Shown here: positions 28,909 to 36,496 of the stretch, piece by piece | Position numbering within the stretch: position 1 is the first letter of the stretch | Layout of the letters: each line of letters begins with the position of its first letter | IMG/VR virus record: IMGVR_UViG_3300044634_003809 | Coordinates: 1 to 61,511 of that record | Length of the DNA stretch: 61,511 bases | Source of the DNA: a virus | Lineage: Duplodnaviria > Caudoviricetes | Strand: one strand, 5' to 3' | Position numbers and translations under genes: made by a program | Notes under the pieces: generated by a model | Database searches by the model: none | What the model saw: only the letters and a program-made list of their open reading frames with translations | Told to the model about the DNA's origin: nothing

Positions 28909-28984
28909 AACTAAAATCGACTTTTAAATCCATTTTAGGTCGAAAAAAATTCCGGCAAAAATTCTCACACGATACTTTTTTAAA

Positions 28985-29191
28985 ATGAATCCTTATCGCA
29001 TTAACTATAAAGCACTTAAACAAGAATCAGTGAAAACAACACCGGAAAATGTAAAGGAAGCAAATGAAGGACTATTTTATTCTAAAATGAATCTTCCCCA
29101 GGCAGCAAAACATTGTGGAATGAGTGAGAAAGAGATGCGCTTAACATTTTTTGAGTATCTTAAGTATAATCCTATGACTTATCAACACTAA
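28985..29191 (+). CDS. Hypothetical 68-aa protein, possible HTH
   Basis: LFYSKMNLPQAAKHCGMSEKEMRLTF resembles a helix-turn-helix (AAxxxGxS). Confidence 0.6.
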   Translation: MNPYRINYKALKQESVKTTPENVKEANEGLFYSKMNLPQAAKHCGMSEKEMRLTFFEYLKYNPMTYQH

Positions 29192-29194
29192 ATA
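29188..29194 (+). promoter_or_regulatory. Late promoter motif CTAAATA
   Basis: Contains the upstream stop codon; 24 nt upstream of ATG 29219. Confidence 0.5.
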
Positions 29195-29218
29195 ATCAAA
29201 AGTAATAGGAATATTACT

Positions 29219-29488
29219 ATGAAATATAGAATTGATGCCGCATATGTCTGGTATAATCGCGGAAAACAAATTGTTCTTATGTATTTCATAAGTGGTATTC
29301 CATTCACTTTTGATGAGTTACCAGATGATTCATTATTTGATTTAGAACTCATCAAACTAGCAGACAATGAAAGACGTTATGAACCAGAAGATTTGTATCA
29401 AGCATCATATTACTTAATGCTTGAAGAATGTCACCCTTTGCTTTATGAGTTGGATTTAGAAAATCCAGAATGTTTGCCTAGTGATTAA
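29219..29488 (+). CDS. Hypothetical 89-aa acidic protein
   Basis: ORF with AGGA RBS, in co-directional cassette. Confidence 0.7.
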   Translation: MKYRIDAAYVWYNRGKQIVLMYFISGIPFTFDELPDDSLFDLELIKLADNERRYEPEDLYQASYYLMLEECHPLLYELDLENPECLPSD

Positions 29489-29494
29489 TTTTTT

Positions 29495-29566
29495 GCCCTT
29501 GTAACTCAGTGGTAGAGTGCGATACTTGTAATATCGAAGACGTTGGTTCGAATCCAATCGGGGGCT
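29495..29566 (+). tRNA. trnT: tRNA-Thr(TGT), CCA not encoded
   Basis: Acceptor GCCCTTG/CGGGGGC, D arm ACTC-AGTGGTA-GAGT, anticodon arm CGATA-CTTGTAA-TATCG (TGT at 29527-29529), T arm GTTGG-TTCGAAT-CCAAT. Confidence 0.95.
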
Positions 29567-29628
29567 TGAGTTCTATAGAACTCCAATGCATTATAACTTG
29601 GAATTATGTTTAGTAATGGAGTAAAACC

Positions 29629-29802
29629 ATTAATATAAAACTTTGGTATTGTGAAGGAATGAAGCAGTGGCGTTGGACCCTCACAGACAACTCAAGACCA
29701 ATCTGTAAGCAAGAATCTGGACAACAACCATTTCTTCGAGATGCTATGAACGACGTAGCAAATACTGTAGAATATATGATGAAATGCAAACAAAGTGAGT
29801 AA
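29629..29802 (+). CDS. Hypothetical 57-aa protein missed by the ORF track, apparent ATT start
   Basis: (M)NIKLWYCEGMKQWRWTLTDNSRPICKQESGQQPFLRDAMNDVANTVEYMMKCKQSE; GGAG 7 nt upstream of ATT; alternative ATG at 29659. Confidence 0.6.
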   Translation: MNIKLWYCEGMKQWRWTLTDNSRPICKQESGQQPFLRDAMNDVANTVEYMMKCKQSE

Positions 29803-29848
29803 AAATACTTACTAATAATATAGATAGTGAGACACTGTTAATATAAAA

Positions 29849-29932
29849 ATGAATTCTTTTAATTCTTTAGAAGTTTCTTTTATTCTTTTATTATCATTTT
29901 TCATAGTGTCTCAATTTCAGAAATTAAAATAA
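29849..29932 (+). CDS. Possible 27-aa hydrophobic micropeptide
   Basis: MNSFNSLEVSFILLLSFFIVSQFQKLK; no clear RBS. Confidence 0.3.
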   Translation: MNSFNSLEVSFILLLSFFIVSQFQKLK

Positions 29933-29937
29933 TTCTT

Positions 29938-30030
29938 ATGCCCCAATTCATTATATTTTTAGTTACTCTCGCTATAATATCTACAATAGAACTATATACC
30001 GAACTTATTATTTTTAATACAACAATTTAA
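29938..30030 (+). CDS. Possible 30-aa hydrophobic micropeptide
   Basis: MPQFIIFLVTLAIISTIELYTELIIFNTTI; starts 5 nt after the previous micro-ORF and ends just before a terminator. Confidence 0.3.
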   Translation: MPQFIIFLVTLAIISTIELYTELIIFNTTI

Positions 30031-30053
30031 TAATATCTATAATTCATTATATT

Positions 30054-30076
30054 AACCCTCTTAAGAGGGTTTTTTT
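30054..30076 (+). terminator. Rho-independent terminator
   Basis: AACCCTC-TTAA-GAGGGTT hairpin followed by a T run. Confidence 0.85.
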
Positions 30077-30081
30077 GTATG

Positions 30082-30088
30082 ATAAATA
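30082..30088 (+). promoter_or_regulatory. Late promoter motif ATAAATA
   Basis: Immediately after the terminator, 29 nt upstream of ATG 30118. Confidence 0.7.
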
Positions 30089-30117
30089 ATCTATAACGGA
30101 ACTATAAGCATAATAAA

Positions 30118-33100
30118 ATGGGTCTTTCTAGATTAGAAAATTTTATCAAATCAGTTCGTGGAACAATTATATACGTAGATCCTAATAGTTTAGATTCTAC
30201 TGATAGTATTGAAAATCAAGGCAATTCTTTAACCAGACCTTTTAAAACTATTCAAAGAGCTCTGATTGAAGCATCAAGATTTTCATACCAAAGTGGATTA
30301 AACAACGATAAGTTTGCTAGAACTACTATTTTACTATATCCTGGAGATCATATTGTAGATAATAGACCTGGAGTTATACCGGGAGTATCTGCTATATCTG
30401 AATTTACCTTACAATCTAATTTTGACTTAAATGATCCATTAAATGAACTTTATAAATTTAATAGTGTTTATGGTGGAGTAGTTGTACCCCGTGGAACATC
30501 TATTGTTGGATTAGACCTCAGGAAAACTAAAATAAGACCAAAATATGTACCTGATCCTTCAGATGATAATATTGATAGATCTTGTATTTTTAGAGTAACT
30601 GGTGGATGCTATTTTTGGCAGTTTTCAATTTTTGATGCAGACCAAAATGATTTTTGTTATATTGATTATAGCAGCACTACTTCTACTCCAAATTTTTCGC
30701 ACCATAAACTTTCTGCTTTTGAATATGCTGATGGAGTCAATAACGTATCCTCCTATCAGAGAACAGACCTTGAAATGTATTATGAAAAAATAGGTCTTGG
30801 ATATGGACCATCTTCAGGTAGAGAAATATTAAATGACTATCCAAGTTCTTTATTGGACATAGAACCAAAAATAGATGAATATAGAATCGTTGGATCAACA
30901 GGGGAAAGTTCTGTAATTTCTAGTATTTCTGCATCAGGTAATACTATAACAGTTACTCTTTCTTCTGAAATTTTTGGTTTAGAGGTAGATACTCCTATTC
31001 GTGTTTCTGGAGTATCCCCAAGTATTTGTAATGGAAATTATGTTGTTTTTGAAAAAATAAGTAATACTCAATTTAAATATAAAGCATCTTCTACACCATC
31101 TCCATCACCAACAGTTACTGGGGCATCTACAGTAACTCTTGCATTGGATACTGTAAATTCAGCTTCTCCATACATTTTTAATATTTCTCTTAGATCTGTT
31201 TTTGGAATGTGTGGTCTTCTTGCTGATGGAAGTAAGGCTCTTGGGTTTAAGTCTATGGTTGTGGCTCAATTCACTGGAATTGGATTGCAGAAAGATGATA
31301 ATGCGTTTGTAGTCTATAGTGAAAGTTCAGGGACTTATGTTGGAAATGAAACTGCAGGTAATGAAAATATTAGTACAAACTCTAGAGCAATATTCAAACC
31401 AAGTTATAGAAATTTCCATATTAAATGTATAAACGATGCATTTATACAAAATGTTTCTATTTTTGCAATTGGATATGCTGAACAATTTGTAGTTGAATCT
31501 GGCGGAGATCAATCAATTACTAATTCAAATTCTAATTTTGGCGCAAAGGCACTGATTGCATCTGGATTTAGAACAAATGCTTTTTCTCAGGATGACTGTG
31601 GTTATATTACTCATATTATACCACCAAAAGAAATAACAACAAAAGAGAATGCAGTTGAGTTTTATTCTATTGATATATCAAAAACAAAATCAGTAGCAAA
31701 TAATACTAGATTGTATCTTTATAGTCAGACAAATAAAGATATTCCCCCAGATAATGTTCTTCAAGGTTATAGAATTGGTGCGAAACCAATTGATAAATTA
31801 AATGTTGTTATTAGTGGTGTTGAAAAAAGCGCGACAATAACAATTCCAGAAACATCAAATTCATATGAGAAAGTTTCATATGTTTCTCAAAGTTCTGGAA
31901 TCAACTCTATTTCAAGTAATACTTTAACTCTTACAGCAAATCATTCTTTTTCTACGGGAGAAACAGTAAGAGTTTTAAGTAATAATGGACATCTTCCTGA
32001 TGGATTAATTCCTAATACAGTTTATTATGCAATTAATGCTTCATCTAATACTATTAAATTAGCAAAAACACAAAGTGATGCTATTATAGGTGATGCAATA
32101 ACAATCAATAATAGGGGTGGAGAATTAACAATTGTAAGTAGAGTATCTGATAAAAATTCTAATGATATTGGACACCCTATTCAATGGGATGATTCGAATA
32201 AGCAGTGGTACATTAGTGTAGAAGGTCCAAATGATATTTACACTGCAGTAAGTCCTCTTACCATACCTTCAACTTCTAGAACTTATATTAAACGTAAAGG
32301 TGATGATAGAAATTCTGTAGATACTATCTACAGACTAAGATATGTAATACCTAAGGATTTGGGAGGATCTTATGCAAAACCTCCTAGTGATGGTTATATT
32401 ATTCAAGAATCTAATAGCACTATTGGTAAAAATAATACAGAAATAACGAAATATTTTGATCATACTGGATCTACATCAATTTCTAATCGTAATGAATTAA
32501 GAAACTTTAGACTTATTTCAAATGCAACTTGGTCTTCTAATGTTGCAAGTATTACTACAGAACTTCCTCATAACTTGAGAATTGGTGATCAGATTGAAAT
32601 ATTAAACGTAACTAGTACAAATAATATTTCCGGACAAAAAAATACTGGATATAATGGAACTTTTGATATTGTTAGTATTAGTAGTTCTAAGAATTTTTCA
32701 GTAAATTTATCTTCTAATCCAGGTACTTTTACTAATAATACTCAAAGCAGAACTACTTCTTTGCCGTATTTTAAGAGAAAAAAATATAACAATGTTTATT
32801 ATGTTTATAGAGTTGAGGAATATCAAAACTATATTGAAAACAAACAAGATGGAATTTATTATCTAACAGTTCTAAACTCTTCAAATAATCCTGTAGATTC
32901 TCCATTTACTCAAGAGAAATTCTCTCAACCAGTTAAAGAACTTTATCCACAAACAAATAGAGATTATCCAATTTCTGATCCAAATGAGACGAAATGTTTT
33001 GCAGTATCTTCTCCAATAGGACAAGTTGTTGTTGATGATGTCCAAAGTAGTATTACTAAGGAAACAGTTTCTAAAATATTATTAGATAGTGGTTCTGGAA

Positions 33101-36099
33101 TAGGAATTACTAATATAATTTCAAGTAGTGCAACAACTCACGAAATTTATACTTCAACTGATCACGGTCTTGGTAGAATTACAAAACTGGAATATGTTAA
33201 TAGTAGTGAAAAAGGAGTTAATTATTCTGAAGGAACTTTTTATAATGCAACATTAGTTGGATTTGCCGGATCTACTACTGGAAGTGGGGCAACATTAAAA
33301 GTTGTTACTAATAGTAGTGGAAATGTAACTCAGTTTAAGATTATGGATGGGGGAAGTGCGTATGGTATCGGAAACACTTTCTCTGTAGTAGGAATAGCAA
33401 CAACTACAGGGCACGTTCCTGTTGTATTAAGAGTTGCTGCAATTTCAAATAGTGTTGGTGATGTGGTTAGAATTTCTGGAGTCACCTCAGAAAGTACAAA
33501 AGGATATAACACACTATACCGAATTTCTAATATTACTAATGGATCTTCAAAGAGATTTACTGCAATTTCTTTTGATTCAGTTGCTAATCATAACACAACT
33601 GGAATAGGAACAGTAGTTACTAGAAATTCTTTTGTTTATGATTGTGGAAAATCTCTTTCTGTGTCTAGTATTGCTTATAATAATGTTACTGGACTGGCTA
33701 CTGTAACTACTTCTAGTAATCATGATTTTTATGCAAATAATAAAGTAAAAATTATCGGAGCATCTAATAGTTTTTACAATGGAGATTTTATAGTAAAAGA
33801 AAAACTTACATCTACAAGTTTTATTCTTAACGTTGGAGTGAGTACTAATGTACCTGCAGTTTCTGGTACAGTTTATGCATATCCTTTGGGCGTAACTTCA
33901 AATGATGGTGAAATTACACCTAATTATGAAAACTTAAGTGGAAGAATGGTTCCAATTTCCTTTGGAATTACTGCTACACTTTCTGCTCAACTTTCATCAG
34001 TTACTACAACTAACTTTAGTAGTATTGATAATATTGGAAATTTGGATATTAATGTTGGGGATTATTTTCAGGTTGATGATGAAATAATTCAAGTTAGAAA
34101 AATAACTTTTACTGGAACTCCTCCATATTTAAGTAGTATTGATATTCAGCGTGGTGTTTTAGGAACAAAGGCATCAATCCACGCAAGTGGATCTATACTT
34201 AGACAAATTATTATCAAACCAGTTGAAATGCGAAGACATTCTATTATTCGTGCTTCTGGTCATACTTTTGAGTACGTTGGATTTGGTCCAGGTAATTATT
34301 CTACTGCTTTTCCTGAAAAACAAACACGTCAGATTACAGGAACTGAAGAATTATTATCACAATCTACTAGAAGAGAAGGTGGTGCTACTTTCTACACTGG
34401 TATGAATGATAAAGGAACATCATACAATGGAAATAAAAAAACAAGCACTTTAAGTGGAATAGAAGAAATATTTGATACTCCAGTTCCTACTGTTACTGGG
34501 GAAGATATTGGTAATGTTCCTAACATTAATCTAGTAAATTCAGTAGAGGGTAATTTCACAAGATCGATAAGTGTTGATGGTGGTCCTGATGGAAATGTAA
34601 TTTCAGAATTTAAAGGGCCTGTTGTATTCAACGAGAAAGTTACTTCATTATCAACAAAAGGATTTGAAGTAAATTCCCTGTTTATACAAGGAGAAAATGC
34701 GGTATCTAGAAAATATACTTCTGGCGAAACAGAACCAACAGTTGCAGGAAATCCTGGAGATGTACAATATAATTCTAATCCAAGTAGTACTGATTACTTT
34801 GGTTGGGTTTATACAAAAAATAATGAGTGGAAAATATTTGGTAAAATAGGATCAATTGAAGATCTACTTGGAGTTGGAGTTGGTACTGAAGGAGGATATG
34901 TTGGATTCTCTAGTACAATTAATTTTAAAGGAAATAACATTAATATTACTCCTGAATTTAATTCTTCTACTGGAATTTCTACCTTTACCTTTACTGGATT
35001 GAGTACCGCTCAGATATTGAATAATTACACTCTAACAGGATCTTCTGGTAATAGATGGACAGTTGTTCCTACTATTTCCAATTCTGGTGTTGTAGAGATT
35101 GGAAAAGTTGTTGATTTCCATAATGTAGGAACAAGTACTACTGATTATACGTTTAGACTTGAAAATGGAACTGCGGGAATATTAACTGCATATGGAGATT
35201 TAAAAGTTATTGAAGATCCTTTAAGAACCTCAACGACCAATGGAAACATTGAATTGGGAGGAAGTCTAGGATTTATAAATCCAAGTGATAAGTATATTGA
35301 TTTATATACTAATTCTGGCGCAACGAATTATACAACTTATATTAGATTGTTGAATAGTGATGGAACTTCTCAAAAAAATGCTATTACCGCAACATATGGT
35401 GGAGATGTAAAATTACATTATGATAATTCTGAAAAACTTTCCACACTTACTGATGGAGTATCTATAACTGGAAAAGTAACTGCTACTTCTGCAGTTGTAG
35501 GTTCTGCTGTAACAATTAATTCTTCTGGTTTAAATGTTACTGGCGTTATAACTGCTACATCATTTAGTGGAAATTTATCTGGTAATGCAACTACTGCTGG
35601 ATTTGCAACCACCGCAACAAATGCAAATAACATTAATATTTCTTCAATAAATTCAACTGATACTTCAACATATGTGGTTCTTGTTGGAAATGTTACTACC
35701 GGAAATCAGTCTCCATTTATTGATAGTGCATTGATTTATGATGCGAATACAGATACTTTAAATACAAATGCAACTAGTTCTACATATTCTAAAACAGTTC
35801 CTCAGAATTCAAAAACATCTGCATATATTTTAGATTCCTCTGATTCTGGAAAACATATTTCAATTACTACTGGAGGAGTTACTGTTCCTGCAAATGTATT
35901 CTCTACTGGAGATACGATTACAATTTTTAATAATTCCAATACAAATCAAACAATTACTCAAGGATCAAATGTAATACTTCGTCTTGCTGGAACAGCATCT
36001 ACTGGAAATAGAACTCTGGGTCAATATGGAGTATGTAATATACTTTGTGTTTCTGGAATATCAACTACATTTGTAATTTCTGGTTCTGGATTGAGTTGA
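30118..36099 (+). CDS. Very large virion structural/fibre protein (1993 aa) with beta-helix core
   Basis: IIYVDPNS...PFKTIQRAL, ASPYIFNISLRS, KSMVVAQFTG, SITNSNSNFG, SIIRASGHTFEYVGFG; repeated small beta modules; fibre-like C-terminal domain. Confidence 0.7.
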   Translation: MGLSRLENFIKSVRGTIIYVDPNSLDSTDSIENQGNSLTRPFKTIQRALIEASRFSYQSGLNNDKFARTTILLYPGDHIVDNRPGVIPGVSAISEFTLQSNFDLNDPLNELYKFNSVYGGVVVPRGTSIVGLDLRKTKIRPKYVPDPSDDNIDRSCIFRVTGGCYFWQFSIFDADQNDFCYIDYSSTTSTPNFSHHKLSAFEYADGVNNVSSYQRTDLEMYYEKIGLGYGPSSGREILNDYPSSLLDIEPKIDEYRIVGSTGESSVISSISASGNTITVTLSSEIFGLEVDTPIRVSGVSPSICNGNYVVFEKISNTQFKYKASSTPSPSPTVTGASTVTLALDTVNSASPYIFNISLRSVFGMCGLLADGSKALGFKSMVVAQFTGIGLQKDDNAFVVYSESSGTYVGNETAGNENISTNSRAIFKPSYRNFHIKCINDAFIQNVSIFAIGYAEQFVVESGGDQSITNSNSNFGAKALIASGFRTNAFSQDDCGYITHIIPPKEITTKENAVEFYSIDISKTKSVANNTRLYLYSQTNKDIPPDNVLQGYRIGAKPIDKLNVVISGVEKSATITIPETSNSYEKVSYVSQSSGINSISSNTLTLTANHSFSTGETVRVLSNNGHLPDGLIPNTVYYAINASSNTIKLAKTQSDAIIGDAITINNRGGELTIVSRVSDKNSNDIGHPIQWDDSNKQWYISVEGPNDIYTAVSPLTIPSTSRTYIKRKGDDRNSVDTIYRLRYVIPKDLGGSYAKPPSDGYIIQESNSTIGKNNTEITKYFDHTGSTSISNRNELRNFRLISNATWSSNVASITTELPHNLRIGDQIEILNVTSTNNISGQKNTGYNGTFDIVSISSSKNFSVNLSSNPGTFTNNTQSRTTSLPYFKRKKYNNVYYVYRVEEYQNYIENKQDGIYYLTVLNSSNNPVDSPFTQEKFSQPVKELYPQTNRDYPISDPNETKCFAVSSPIGQVVVDDVQSSITKETVSKILLDSGSGIGITNIISSSATTHEIYTSTDHGLGRITKLEYVNSSEKGVNYSEGTFYNATLVGFAGSTTGSGATLKVVTNSSGNVTQFKIMDGGSAYGIGNTFSVVGIATTTGHVPVVLRVAAISNSVGDVVRISGVTSESTKGYNTLYRISNITNGSSKRFTAISFDSVANHNTTGIGTVVTRNSFVYDCGKSLSVSSIAYNNVTGLATVTTSSNHDFYANNKVKIIGASNSFYNGDFIVKEKLTSTSFILNVGVSTNVPAVSGTVYAYPLGVTSNDGEITPNYENLSGRMVPISFGITATLSAQLSSVTTTNFSSIDNIGNLDINVGDYFQVDDEIIQVRKITFTGTPPYLSSIDIQRGVLGTKASIHASGSILRQIIIKPVEMRRHSIIRASGHTFEYVGFGPGNYSTAFPEKQTRQITGTEELLSQSTRREGGATFYTGMNDKGTSYNGNKKTSTLSGIEEIFDTPVPTVTGEDIGNVPNINLVNSVEGNFTRSISVDGGPDGNVISEFKGPVVFNEKVTSLSTKGFEVNSLFIQGENAVSRKYTSGETEPTVAGNPGDVQYNSNPSSTDYFGWVYTKNNEWKIFGKIGSIEDLLGVGVGTEGGYVGFSSTINFKGNNINITPEFNSSTGISTFTFTGLSTAQILNNYTLTGSSGNRWTVVPTISNSGVVEIGKVVDFHNVGTSTTDYTFRLENGTAGILTAYGDLKVIEDPLRTSTTNGNIELGGSLGFINPSDKYIDLYTNSGATNYTTYIRLLNSDGTSQKNAITATYGGDVKLHYDNSEKLSTLTDGVSITGKVTATSAVVGSAVTINSSGLNVTGVITATSFSGNLSGNATTAGFATTATNANNINISSINSTDTSTYVVLVGNVTTGNQSPFIDSALIYDANTDTLNTNATSSTYSKTVPQNSKTSAYILDSSDSGKHISITTGGVTVPANVFSTGDTITIFNNSNTNQTITQGSNVILRLAGTASTGNRTLGQYGVCNILCVSGISTTFVISGSGLS

Positions 36100-36134
36100 T
36101 TTGGAAATTAAATAATTCTTTTAATATTAATTAA

Positions 36135-36141
36135 ATAAATA
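36135..36141 (+). promoter_or_regulatory. Late promoter motif ATAAATA
   Basis: Intergenic, upstream of AAGGA RBS and ATG 36164. Confidence 0.6.
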
Positions 36142-36163
36142 TATAAAAGGATTATTTAAGGAA

Positions 36164-36496
36164 ATGGCAGTTCCGTCAGTCAATATTGTAATAGAAAGGG
36201 GTACAGATTATCAAGAGGTTTTTACTGTTAATAATCCTGATGGATCCCCTTTAGATTTGACTGGTCATTCGGGAGTATCAAAAATTAAAAAACATCCAGA
36301 ATCAACTACTTCTACATCTTTTAATGTAGGAATTGTTTCTACTGCTGGACAAGTAGTTGTTTCTCTTGCAAATACAATTACTTCTAATTTAAATCCCGGA
36401 AGATATTATTATGATGTAATTGTTATTTCCTCCGTTGGTAAAAAAACAAAAGTTGTTGATGGTATGGTGATAGTAAATCCTACAGAATCTCTATAA
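36164..36496 (+). CDS. Small Ig-like fibre adaptor/attachment protein (BppU-like)
   Basis: NIVIERGTDY...PLDLTG...GRYYYDV...KVVDG pattern; TAATG-coupled to the giant fibre gene. Confidence 0.6.
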   Translation: MAVPSVNIVIERGTDYQEVFTVNNPDGSPLDLTGHSGVSKIKKHPESTTSTSFNVGIVSTAGQVVVSLANTITSNLNPGRYYYDVIVISSVGKKTKVVDGMVIVNPTESL

